Of a DNA stretch of 64,000 nt, positions 33,738 to 42,892 are shown in pieces. Source of the DNA: an uncultured Verrucomicrobiae bacterium. GTDB lineage: Bacteria > Verrucomicrobiota > Verrucomicrobiia > Chthoniobacterales > JAFAMB01. The stretch's first letter is position 1. Every line of letters begins with the position of its first letter. The translations under genes and the position numbers were made by a program. The stretch lies in the NCBI GenBank assembly GCA_963813025.1, contig CAWEXO010000011.1, positions 608,001 to 672,000 of the forward strand, read 5' to 3'. The notes under the pieces are model-generated. The model had not been told where the DNA came from. It did no database searches and saw nothing but the letters and a program-made list of their open reading frames with translations.

Positions 33738-33835
33738 TAGAGGCGAAGAGCCAGAACATGCGGCTCCGGAACTCCGGCAACTCCTAAACTCCTAGACTTC
33801 TCGCAAAGTTCGCTGGATGATTGCCGTCCCTAAAT

Positions 33836-34312
33836 ATGCGCCACACAATTTCAGTCCTGGTGGAAAACCGTTTCGGCGTCCTCGCTCGAGTTGCCGGAAT
33901 GTTCAGCGGGCGCGGCTTTAATATCGATAGTCTGAATGTCGCGCCGACAAACGATCCTTCAACATCGCGGATGACGATCGTAGTCCGTGGAGACGATACC
34001 GTGCTGGAACAGGTAACCAAGCAGCTCAATAAGCTCGTCGACATTATCGAGATTCAAGACTTTCGTGATGGCGAGTATGTCGATCGGGAGCTGGTCATGC
34101 TTCGGGTCAACGCAGACTCCGACAATCGTTCGGAAGTGATGCAGATCTGCGACATTTTCCGCGCAAAGATTGTCGATGTGCAGCCTCGGCGGCTCGGCAT
34201 CGAGATCACCGGCAACGAAAGCAAGATCAGCAAATTCCTGCGGTTGATGGACAACTTTGGCATCAGCGACGTGACCCGGACCGGGAAAGTCGCCATGGCA
34301 CGCGTCGAATAG
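33836..34312 (+). CDS. ilvN: Acetolactate synthase small subunit
   Basis: VENRFGVLARVAGMFSGRGFNIDSL, EQVTKQLNKL, RTGKVA. Confidence 0.96.
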   Translation: MRHTISVLVENRFGVLARVAGMFSGRGFNIDSLNVAPTNDPSTSRMTIVVRGDDTVLEQVTKQLNKLVDIIEIQDFRDGEYVDRELVMLRVNADSDNRSEVMQICDIFRAKIVDVQPRRLGIEITGNESKISKFLRLMDNFGISDVTRTGKVAMARVE

Positions 34313-34344
34313 TTTTCCCGCGTTTAAGAAGCAAGTAACTATTT

Positions 34345-35370
34345 ATGGCAGCAAAAGTATACACTGATAAAGACGCCGATCTTCAGCACCTGCAAGGAAA
34401 GCTATGCGGAGTTATCGGATTCGGCTCCCAAGGGCACGCGCACGCGCTCAATCTGAAGGACAGCGGAATTGATGTGGCGGTAGGATTATACAAAGGCAGT
34501 AAATCAATCCCGACCGCTCAGGATCATGGGTTTGAAGTTCACGAGGTCGCGGAGCTGGCCAAAAAAGCCGATGTACTGTTCTTCGCGACGCCCGACCTTC
34601 GGATCTCCTCGATTTTTCGCGATGAAGTAAGCCCGCATCTCCAAAAAAATCGGACGCTGCTTTTCAGTCATGGGTTCGCGATTCATTTTGGGACGGTCCG
34701 GCCGCCTGCCGATGTCGATGTCATCATGGTCGCGCCCAAAGGGCCCGGGCATATCGTGCGCCGCCAGTATCTGGAAGGCAAAGGCGTCCCGGCGCTTATC
34801 GCGGTCCACCAGAACCCGTCTCGACAGGCGAAGAAGGTGGCCCTCGCCTGGGCAAAAGGAATCGGCGCCACTCGAGCCGGAGTCCTGGAGACCTCCTTCA
34901 AAGAAGAGACCGAGACCGATCTGTTCGGCGAGCAGGCTGTGCTCTGCGGCGGTTTAACGTCGCTGGTCCGGAATGGATACGAGACCCTCGTCGAAGCCGG
35001 TTACCAGCCGGAGATGGCCTATTTTGAGTGTCTCCATGAACTGAAGCTGATTGTCGATTTGATGTACGAGTCCGGCATTGCGGGAATGCGTTTCTCGATT
35101 TCGGAGACGGCCAAGTGGGGCGATGTTTCCGTGGGTCCGGTGATCGTCGATCTCGCGGTGAAGAAGAAAATGGAGCGGACGCTCAAGGACATTCAATCGG
35201 GTAAATTTGCCAAAGGTTGGATCGCCGAGGCGGAAGCCGGGTTTCCTAATTACAAACGGCTTTTGAAAGAAGGGGAAGGGCACTCAATCGAAAAGATTGG
35301 TAAACGGCTTCGCTCATTAATGCCCTGGATCCAGAAGAAGAATATCAAAGGCGCGCAGGCAGCGTACTGA
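34345..35370 (+). CDS. ilvC: Ketol-acid reductoisomerase
   Basis: [37 protein letters not shown]. Confidence 0.97.
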   Translation: MAAKVYTDKDADLQHLQGKLCGVIGFGSQGHAHALNLKDSGIDVAVGLYKGSKSIPTAQDHGFEVHEVAELAKKADVLFFATPDLRISSIFRDEVSPHLQKNRTLLFSHGFAIHFGTVRPPADVDVIMVAPKGPGHIVRRQYLEGKGVPALIAVHQNPSRQAKKVALAWAKGIGATRAGVLETSFKEETETDLFGEQAVLCGGLTSLVRNGYETLVEAGYQPEMAYFECLHELKLIVDLMYESGIAGMRFSISETAKWGDVSVGPVIVDLAVKKKMERTLKDIQSGKFAKGWIAEAEAGFPNYKRLLKEGEGHSIEKIGKRLRSLMPWIQKKNIKGAQAAY

Positions 35371-35434
35371 TAGCGGATAGCCAATGACCGATAGCCGATT
35401 ACGAATCGGCTATCGGCGATCGGCTATCAGTCAT
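35369..35434. terminator. Hairpin built from heptamer repeats, 3' of ilvC
   Basis: CCGATAGCCGATT-ACG-AATCGGCTATCGG with flanking GATAGC/GCTATC units. Confidence 0.6.
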
Positions 35435-35755
35435 CTCACTCAAAGTACCGGCGATGGACTTGCCGGCGCGCGGAAGCTGGCCTCAGATTTTTCTCATCGA
35501 TTTCCGCCGCGAGACGAAACAGCTCATGGGCAGTCATCGGCTGAGATTTTCCGGTACCTCGCCGTCGATTTCCCTCATTATCTTCCGGAGCGAGACTTCG
35601 GAATTCTGTTTCCCTATCCGTCCTCGCCGTGCTGAACATTTCCTTGTCCATACCGACCGCGCCTTTCTGATATTAAAACCGACCTCGACGGGTAAATCGC
35701 TCGCCACGCCCGCCAAAGGCGATTAGGATAGCTCAAAGCTCTGGCAAAAACCACC

Positions 35756-37561
35756 TTATTGTTGAAGCAGGGTCCGTAATTCTTCGATCCGCTGGCTGAA
35801 CACCTCGATAGCTTTCTCTACCGGCGCGGGGGAGGCCATATCTACGCCAGCATTTGACAGAGTCTCGATCGGGAATTCCGAGCCCCCTGATTTCAGAAAG
35901 CCAAGGTAAGCATCCCGCGCGCCCGCAACTCCTTTGATTACGCGATCCGCCAGGGTGATCGCGGCGGAGACGCCCGTTGCGTATTTGTACACGTAAAACG
36001 CTGAGTAAAAGTGCGGAATGCGAAGACACTCGATCTCGAGCTCGGAATCGAGGGTAAAGTGGGGCCCAAAATAGGCCTCGAGCAGCGTTCGATAAAGTTG
36101 TTTGAAGGTCGCCAAGGTGAGCGGCTCGCCTCTTTCCTCAATCTCATGGGTTTGCGTTTCGAATTCGGCGAACATCGTTTGGCGGAAAAGCACGCTGCGG
36201 ATGTCCTCGATACGCCGATCGATTAGATAAGCGCGCAACTCGGGCTCTTGTGCGCGTTCCAACAGGTAATGGGTCAGCAGTTCTTCGTTAAACGTTGAGG
36301 CGACCTCGGCCAGAAAGATTGGATAGCTGTATGTCTGGAAAGGCTGATGAGATTGTGAAAGCCAGCTATGCATGGAGTGGCCGGCTTCATGTGCCAAGGT
36401 GAAAACGTGAGAAAAAACATCGGCCTGATAATTCATCAGGATGTACGGAGGATTACCATAGCTGGAGGACGAGAAAGCGCCGCTGCGTTTCCCCTTGCTC
36501 TCGTATCGGTCGATCCAGCGCGAGTTCAGTCCGGCTCGAAGAGGATCGACATACTCCGGACCAAGCGGCGCGAGTGACTCGGTCACGAGAGCCGCGGCTT
36601 CATCGAACGGAACATTTTTGCGAACTGCCGGCACGAGCGGCACAAAAGTGTCGTACTGGTGCAGGTCGGCCAGCCCAAGGACTTCCTGGCGCAGATCATA
36701 GTAGGCATGGAGCGCGGGTAAATTTCGGCGAACCGCAGCGACCAGGCTGTCGTAGATTGTAAGAGGAACTTTGTCGGGAAACAGCGCTGCTTCGCGGGCA
36801 GAACCGAAACTCCTTGCGCGGGCATAGAACGCGTCGCCTCGAATTGAGGCGGCAAGAGCGGAAGCCAAGGTGAACTGGTGATCTTGAAATTCGCGGTAGA
36901 ACTGATGAAAGGCCTTCCGGCGGACCTCGCGGTCAGAGCGTTGGAGCAAAGAAAAAAAACTGCTCTGCGAGAGAGGAACCTCCCGGTTATCTTCGTCTCG
37001 CACCGTGCCAAATTGCATGTCGACATTGGTGAGTTGCGAAAAGGTCTCGCCATGCCCCCGGACCACACTGCTGCTGGCCGCCAGAAGCCGCTCTTCTCCC
37101 TCGGACAAGGTGTGCGCGCGATAACGCCGGATCTTCGCGAGGGGAATTCGCCACTCGCTGAGGATCGGATCATGCCGGTAGTCCTCAAAGCGGTCATCCG
37201 GAATCTGCTGAATCGCCGGGACCACGAACGATGACGACTCGCGGGCGCGCGTGAAAAGGTTGGTAAGTTCGGCTTGGCGGGCGAGGTTTTCGTCGTTGGA
37301 ACTATCCTCAGCGGCCCGGAGCGAAGCGTAGTGCCCCAGGCGTTCCGCCAACGAATCCAGAGATTTCTCCAGTTCCAGGCAGGCAAGGAGGTCTTGTGCG
37401 GATCGACCGAGTCGCCCCTTGAACTCGCTGAGCCGGGGATACTCGGCTCGATAGTGTTCCAGGTTTTGGCGATAATCCTTCTCGGAGGCAAAGAGCGCTC
37501 GGAGATCCCAGGTATCAGGTTCGGCAATTTCAGAGCGAAGCGGTATCGTCGCGGAGGTCAT
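35756..37561 (-). CDS. pepF: Oligoendopeptidase F (M3B)
   Basis: TWDL, GKRSGAFS, TLAHEAGHSMH, FLAEVASTFNE, RIPHFY, YVYKYATG. Confidence 0.95.
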   Translation of the reverse strand: MTSATIPLRSEIAEPDTWDLRALFASEKDYRQNLEHYRAEYPRLSEFKGRLGRSAQDLLACLELEKSLDSLAERLGHYASLRAAEDSSNDENLARQAELTNLFTRARESSSFVVPAIQQIPDDRFEDYRHDPILSEWRIPLAKIRRYRAHTLSEGEERLLAASSSVVRGHGETFSQLTNVDMQFGTVRDEDNREVPLSQSSFFSLLQRSDREVRRKAFHQFYREFQDHQFTLASALAASIRGDAFYARARSFGSAREAALFPDKVPLTIYDSLVAAVRRNLPALHAYYDLRQEVLGLADLHQYDTFVPLVPAVRKNVPFDEAAALVTESLAPLGPEYVDPLRAGLNSRWIDRYESKGKRSGAFSSSSYGNPPYILMNYQADVFSHVFTLAHEAGHSMHSWLSQSHQPFQTYSYPIFLAEVASTFNEELLTHYLLERAQEPELRAYLIDRRIEDIRSVLFRQTMFAEFETQTHEIEERGEPLTLATFKQLYRTLLEAYFGPHFTLDSELEIECLRIPHFYSAFYVYKYATGVSAAITLADRVIKGVAGARDAYLGFLKSGGSEFPIETLSNAGVDMASPAPVEKAIEVFSQRIEELRTLLQQ

Positions 37562-37573
37562 GAAGAGACAGTG

Positions 37574-37650
37574 AAATCGCAGATCGCAAATCGCAAATCG
37601 CAAAAGAGACTGAATTGAGAATCCAAGATGTTCACGGGTTTGCGATTTGC
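37574..37650. repeat. Heptamer repeat (ARATCGC)x4 with an inverted partner
   Basis: aaatcgc agatcgc aaatcgc aaatcgc ... ttgcgatttgc. Confidence 0.75.
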
Positions 37651-37675
37651 ACCATCGCTTGGGTCGATTTTAAAG

Positions 37676-38575
37676 CTAAGCGCGGGGGTGAGCCGCGTCG
37701 TAGGCCTTGCGCAGGCGCTCTGTCGTGACCTGAGTATAGATCTGCGTGGTGGAGAGGCTGGCATGGCCCAGGAGCGTTTGCACGCTGCGCAGATCGGCGC
37801 CGTTATCGAGCAAGTGGGTAGCAAAACTGTGCCGCAGCTTATGCGGGCTCACCGGTAACTGGATACCGCTTTGCTGCAAATATTTTCGGAGAATCAGCCA
37901 GACCGAGCGCGCTGAGATGCGCTTTCGGAGCTTGCTTATAAACAGCGGCCCAGTGTTGACCCCTGCTTCCAACCGGTACTTCTGAATGGCGTTCAGCGCG
38001 ATTTGGCCGACGGGGACGATTCGCTCTTTTCGGCCTTTGCCGAGAACGCGGACCGACTCCGTGAAAGTATCGACGTCAGACACGTTCAGGGCGACGAGTT
38101 CGCTGAGCCGCAACCCGCTGCTGTAAAACAGTTCCAGCATAGCAATATCCCGCCTCGCGGCCCACGACGGCGCCTGATTTTTTCTAGGCACGCCGGCCGG
38201 CAGCGCCAGTAGTTCCTCGATCTGCGGCACCGACAAGACGACCGGGAGTTTCTTTTCTCTCTTTGGCAACTGGACTTCTTTCAGCGGATTCGAACTGAAG
38301 CCGGCGCGCTCAGTCAAATAGCGGTAGAAACTGCGCAAAGCGGCAAAGGTCAACCGAACGTAAGAGCGGGCCATTTCCAGTTTCATGCACTCGAGCAAAA
38401 AAGCGCGAAACTGGTTGGCGGTAGCGGTCGGCCAGGGGTTTTGGTTGCCGGAGAATGCCCGAAAGTTTTCCAATGCATGCCGGTACGCAAGAATCGTGTG
38501 AGAGGAAGCGTTCTTCTCGACCTGCATGTACTGAAGGTACTGCTCGAGTAACCGATCTTTCTTCGCAGTCGCCAC
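37676..38575 (-). CDS. xerC: Tyrosine recombinase XerC-like
   Basis: Catalytic residues intact: SGLRLSEL, GKGRKER, HKLRHSFATH, LLGH, TTQIY. Confidence 0.88.
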   Translation of the reverse strand: MATAKKDRLLEQYLQYMQVEKNASSHTILAYRHALENFRAFSGNQNPWPTATANQFRAFLLECMKLEMARSYVRLTFAALRSFYRYLTERAGFSSNPLKEVQLPKREKKLPVVLSVPQIEELLALPAGVPRKNQAPSWAARRDIAMLELFYSSGLRLSELVALNVSDVDTFTESVRVLGKGRKERIVPVGQIALNAIQKYRLEAGVNTGPLFISKLRKRISARSVWLILRKYLQQSGIQLPVSPHKLRHSFATHLLDNGADLRSVQTLLGHASLSTTQIYTQVTTERLRKAYDAAHPRA

Positions 38576-38610
38576 TGAGGGTAAGACTAGAAAACCGTGC
38601 TGAAGGTGTC

Positions 38611-38790
38611 GAGCCGGGAGTCCCGCGTTCCGGCTCCCGAGTGTGGAGTCCCGAGTGTCGGGCCGGGGTACACCCTTCGACCGCCGTAACGCTGTTGCCG
38701 GCTGACCGACCTTAACAGAGCGACCTGCAATTCGTTGCTCGGGACGCGGGACCCGGGACTCGCGACACTCGGGACCCGGAACCCGAAACC
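38611..38790. repeat. Inverted arrays of 7-mer repeats (GAGTCCC / GGGACNC) around a unique core of about 70 nt
   Basis: gttccggctcccgagtgtggagtcccg pairs with cgggactcgcgacactcgggacccggaac. Confidence 0.75.
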
Positions 38791-40421
38791 TACCGGCGTC
38801 CGATCGGATCGCTTAGATGAGCCGGTTGGGCGGTAGAGCCGACCTCGCCTCCTCGTGCCGTCGCACGACTGAACCGCAAGGTCGCCGCCCTTGTTTCGAT
38901 GCCATCCGGTGAGGTCGCCCGAATCGGGATTTCGAAATGTCCATCCGGCAATTTGAAATGATAGCGGAACGAACCGTCCGGCTGAAGCTCGATCGGTTGG
39001 CCATCGACCGTAACCTTCGCTCTCGGATCCGTGCCACCGTAGAAAATGACCTCGGCGTTTACGTGGAGGAAAAAGGCTCGCTCGCCATAGGCTGGCTGAC
39101 CGCTCCAGCTCGCCCCGACTTCACTGGAAAGGTTGGTCTCGCTGAAGAGCTGATTCCAGCTCGACAGTTCGAATTGAAGACCACTCCAACCGGCAGCAAC
39201 CGCGGAACTAAGTTCAGCCGATCCGAGTCCGAGGCCTGAAACCTCCGCGGAGCTCAGTCCGAGAGGAAAAGTCTCCGAAGAGCTGAGGCCGAGCGATTGT
39301 TCGGAAGCCAAACCATAAGAGCTTGTCTCCGCGGCACCGGGGATGGACAAAGGGCGTTCGCTTACTTCTCTCGAGCTCAGACCAAAAGAACTGGCTACTG
39401 ATTGCCAGCTCCCGCCGAGTGCTGCCTGCTGCCAACTTGCTCCGACCTCGCTACCGGCTTTCGCGGCGAGCATCGACTCGCTGCCGATACCGGCGCCGAG
39501 GGAAGATTCGCCGCCGACCGCACCCAGTGATGATTCGCCTCCCAGTCCGGCAGCTTGAAAACTGCTGACGCCCGCGCTGAACAACTCCCGGGCCAGAGCT
39601 TCGCGTATCGAACCGCTGAAAAGACTCGATTCAGCCGGCAACAACAGTTCGGCTAGCCGGCTTTTGGCCAGAATTTCGCTCGCCGATTCGGAATTGAGCC
39701 TCGAACGAATCTCTTGTTGCAGAAAGCTCGAGAGTTCCGCTGAGCTTAAGGAAAACAATTGGTCCAGGGTTTGTTTGCCGAGCAACGCTTCCAGGACCCT
39801 GATCTGATCGGACGCCCAGCTCGAGGGTTCTCCAAAAGTGCCTCCGGCATCCCTCTGCTGAAGACGGCTCAATGCTTCCGCCAGCGGTTGGCCCGATCGG
39901 CGTGCGGCGGCAATCACGTCCAGCAGAAGGTTAAAACTCAAATGGAACGGCACGGTGGCAAACTTTGCATCCCAGTCCGGACTCACCGACTCAGGAGGGG
40001 TGTGCGCCGGCCCAGCGGACCCGAGTTCGCGCCACTGTCCCGAGCTGTCAGTAAGACCAAAAACGATCCGGTAACTGGCATTAGCGGCCCGGACCGGGAT
40101 GTACCAGTTCCGGGCGATCTCATTCAGCTCGATGATTGACTCAAGCTCGTCTTCCCGAAAAACGCGGAGCTTCAATTGCCGCTCGGCCGGGAATTGCGAG
40201 TAGTCGAAATCCCAGTAGGTGAAGAGCCAGTGAGGATCGCGGGCGATGAGAAAGATTTGCGGCTCGGCTTTTGGCAATTCGCCGAGCGACTCGAATTCCG
40301 GGCTCAAAGCAGGATCGGTTGCCGGAAGGTATTTCGAGCTTTCCTCTTCGTACTCATTTGGCACCACGGGCTTCGGCGCAATGCGAAATCCGTTTTGGTT
40401 GTCGCCCGATTCGTTGCTCAT
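38790..40421 (-). CDS. DUF4912-domain protein with a Ser/Gly-rich repeat linker
   Basis: LIARDPHWLFTYWD, NWYIPV and C-terminal FFLHVNAEVIFYGGTDP...PDGSF. Confidence 0.8.
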   Translation of the reverse strand: MSNESGDNQNGFRIAPKPVVPNEYEEESSKYLPATDPALSPEFESLGELPKAEPQIFLIARDPHWLFTYWDFDYSQFPAERQLKLRVFREDELESIIELNEIARNWYIPVRAANASYRIVFGLTDSSGQWRELGSAGPAHTPPESVSPDWDAKFATVPFHLSFNLLLDVIAAARRSGQPLAEALSRLQQRDAGGTFGEPSSWASDQIRVLEALLGKQTLDQLFSLSSAELSSFLQQEIRSRLNSESASEILAKSRLAELLLPAESSLFSGSIREALARELFSAGVSSFQAAGLGGESSLGAVGGESSLGAGIGSESMLAAKAGSEVGASWQQAALGGSWQSVASSFGLSSREVSERPLSIPGAAETSSYGLASEQSLGLSSSETFPLGLSSAEVSGLGLGSAELSSAVAAGWSGLQFELSSWNQLFSETNLSSEVGASWSGQPAYGERAFFLHVNAEVIFYGGTDPRAKVTVDGQPIELQPDGSFRYHFKLPDGHFEIPIRATSPDGIETRAATLRFSRATARGGEVGSTAQPAHLSDPIGRR

Positions 40422-40451
40422 AAAAATCATTCCTCCTGGCCCGCTACCGCT

Positions 40452-40509
40452 CCCCCGGGGACAGGCCCCGGCAAAGATTACCCCCGGGGACAGGCCCCGG
40501 CAAAGATTA
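40452..40509. repeat. Perfect 29-bp tandem duplication, each unit a GC hairpin
   Basis: CCCCCGGGGACAGGCCCCGGCAAAGATTA x2. Confidence 0.95.
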
Positions 40510-40552
40510 GGAGAAACGTCGGCGAAGGCAAATAGGTTTTTTTCAGTGCGCA

Positions 40553-40579
40553 AAACGTGAAACGCGAAACGTGAAACGC
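40553..40579. repeat. Heptamer repeat (AAACGYG) x about 4
   Basis: aaacgtg aaacgcg aaacgtg aaacgc. Confidence 0.8.
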
Positions 40580-40586
40580 CCTAACC

Positions 40587-41363
40587 TCAGCGCGCACCCG
40601 ACATCGCTGACGCTTCGGTCAGCGACGAACTCCTGGCCGTCAGTCCGGCCAGGTAAGGATTGCGAACAGGCAGAGCCGTGGCTGCCTGAATATTGGTGGG
40701 ATATTCGAGACGCGAAAAGATGGCATAAGCGATGCGCGATCGCGGAACGACTTTCTCGCCGAACCCGCCAGGTTTGTTGCTGGACCAGAAACGCACCATA
40801 TTAACGCCTCCCTTTTGTTCCTGGCCGAGGTAGATAACGGAATGCCCGTGTTCGCTCCGACCCACATTGTCCGTCCAGAAGATCTTCATAAAGTCGCCGG
40901 GACGCGCGTCGTTGAAAGAAGTGAAATTGGATCCGAGCCGCAGTTCTCGAAAAAGGCAAGCGGTCCCTGGTCCATTGGCGTTCCACCGGCCCCAAATTCC
41001 TGAGCCGTCCGGTTGATCATGGACCGCCAGAGCACGCGCGAGCGAACTGTTCATCTGTGCTGGAGCAAGGCGCTGCAAGGCCTCGAGAAAGACCAGATAC
41101 GTTGCCTCGGAACAAAAACTCGGGTGCGCGTCAGCCGGATCCACTTCCAGGGTACCTCCGCTGACCCGGACCGCGGTTTGGAGACGGCGCATTGCCTCGG
41201 ACGTCGCGAGATAACCGCCCCCGGACGGCATTGTGCTGATGAGCGAGACGATGAGGTGGTTAGGGTTCTCCTGGGCCAACAGCGCTGAGCTGGCGAGAAC
41301 AGAAAAGATCAAGACAAGCGTGCAGGCCTTGGGCGGAAGGTTACGAAGCTTTGGGAAGTTCAA
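40587..41363 (-). CDS. Secreted hypothetical protein, possible NlpC/P60-like Cys amidase (start uncertain)
   Basis: Signal peptide; FCSEATY...RPGDFMKIFW...HGHSVIYLG. Confidence 0.7.
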   Translation of the reverse strand: MNFPKLRNLPPKACTLVLIFSVLASSALLAQENPNHLIVSLISTMPSGGGYLATSEAMRRLQTAVRVSGGTLEVDPADAHPSFCSEATYLVFLEALQRLAPAQMNSSLARALAVHDQPDGSGIWGRWNANGPGTACLFRELRLGSNFTSFNDARPGDFMKIFWTDNVGRSEHGHSVIYLGQEQKGGVNMVRFWSSNKPGGFGEKVVPRSRIAYAIFSRLEYPTNIQAATALPVRNPYLAGLTARSSSLTEASAMSGAR

Positions 41364-41664
41364 GGAAGTTCAGGTTTCTGGCGGCGATCGATCATTGACT
41401 TCGGTAAAGTGAAGGATGTTGCGCGAGCTCAAAAACACCGGCACTATAACGAGTTTCTTCATACTGACAAACGAAGCGCACCGTCGACAAATTGGGCCAG
41501 TGGTTCCTACAGGTCTCAGGGGACTCATGGGTCCTGTGCGACCTATCCGGGATGAGAGCGTCCCGTTCGAAGAAAGGAGCTCCTGGCGCAGGGGCGCAGT
41601 TTCCTCCAGAAAAGGATAGTAGTGATGCGTGTCCGGGAAAACGTGAGAAGATGAGCGTGAGACC

Positions 41665-42780
41665 ATGAATTGGCTTTTTGTCACTATTTATCACTCGGCA
41701 GCAATGTTCTGGGAGACGCTTTGGGCTCTGGTGCTGGGCTTTACCATTTCCGGGGCTTTGCAAGTATTTGTCAGCAAGGAGCAGATGGCGCGGAAGTTTG
41801 GCCAGACGAATTGGCGCTCGATGGCACTTGCTACGCTGTTTGGCGGGGCCAGCAGTTCCTGCTCCTATGCAGCCGCCGCGGCTGCCCGAAGCGCTTTCCG
41901 CCAAGGTGCCGCGCTCATCCCAGCTTTGGCTTTCATGTTCGCTTCCACCAATCTGGTGATCGAGCTAGGCGCGATTCTCTGGATACTGATGGGTCCGATT
42001 TTTGTGCTCGCTGAAGCGCTGGGAGCGATTCTGCTGGTGCTCCTGATCTGGCTTTGTGGGAAGCTGTTCTTCCCAAAGGATCTCGAAAAATCAGCGCGCG
42101 CGCACACCGAAAACCTGAGTGAGGAAGGCTGCCACACCCATCATCATGGCAGCGAACACCAGGACCGGTGGACAGAGGTAGCGTTCGCGTTCGTGATGGA
42201 TTGGTCGATGCTTTGGAAAGAGATTCTCGGCGGCTTCCTAATTGCCGGATTTCTCGCAGTGCTCGTGCCGCACGACTGGTGGAAGAGTCTTTTCCTGCAG
42301 AACGGTCCGGCTTGGTTGCGCCTGATCGAGAACGCCGTGGTTGGTCCGCTGATCGCCATCGCCAGTTTCGTGTGTTCAATCGGCAATATTCCACTGGCCA
42401 GTCTCCTGTGGAGCGGCGGTATCAGCTTTGGTGGCGTGATAGCATTTATCTACTCCGACCTGATTGTGATCCCGCTCATCTTGATCTATCGAAAATATTA
42501 CGGGGAGCGAGCCGCTTTTTTCATTGTCAGCACGATGTTTCTCTCGATCGTGATCGCGGGTATCAGCGTCGATTTGCTCTTCGCCAGCCTGCATTTGATC
42601 CCGACCGGGCCGCGGCCGCAAGACGCCATTTCGATGGCCCGGTTTGACTGGAACTACCCAACCTGGCTGAACTTTGCGGCGATCGCCTGGGCTGGATGGT
42701 TGATTTTTCTTTACCGCAGATCAGCACGCGCTGCTGGGGCACACAGCTCGGCCGAGCATTTGCCTGAGCATCATCACTAG
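41665..42780 (+). CDS. Permease of the DUF318/ArsP_1 family with a His-rich loop
   Basis: ASSSCSY, FMFASTNL, FVCSIGNIPLA, HTHHHGSEH. Confidence 0.85.
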   Translation: MNWLFVTIYHSAAMFWETLWALVLGFTISGALQVFVSKEQMARKFGQTNWRSMALATLFGGASSSCSYAAAAAARSAFRQGAALIPALAFMFASTNLVIELGAILWILMGPIFVLAEALGAILLVLLIWLCGKLFFPKDLEKSARAHTENLSEEGCHTHHHGSEHQDRWTEVAFAFVMDWSMLWKEILGGFLIAGFLAVLVPHDWWKSLFLQNGPAWLRLIENAVVGPLIAIASFVCSIGNIPLASLLWSGGISFGGVIAFIYSDLIVIPLILIYRKYYGERAAFFIVSTMFLSIVIAGISVDLLFASLHLIPTGPRPQDAISMARFDWNYPTWLNFAAIAWAGWLIFLYRRSARAAGAHSSAEHLPEHHH

Positions 42781-42892
42781 CGGGTAGAGCAAAACTTTAG
42801 AACGTGTTTGGAAGTTCGTTCTCGCTAATGCTCGAATGAAGAAATTGTCTCACAACCCCAATATCGGTACAGGCAAGCTCCCACTTGACCTC

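Noticed and set aside
35436..35726. Small frameshifted gene between ilvC and pepF
   Set aside because: Overlapping short ORFs look partly protein-like but show no recognisable motif
37676..38575. Phage or integron integrase
   Set aside because: Xer-sized, housekeeping context, with no attC cassettes or phage genes nearby
40452..40509. CRISPR array
   Set aside because: Only two repeat units, no spacer and no cas genes
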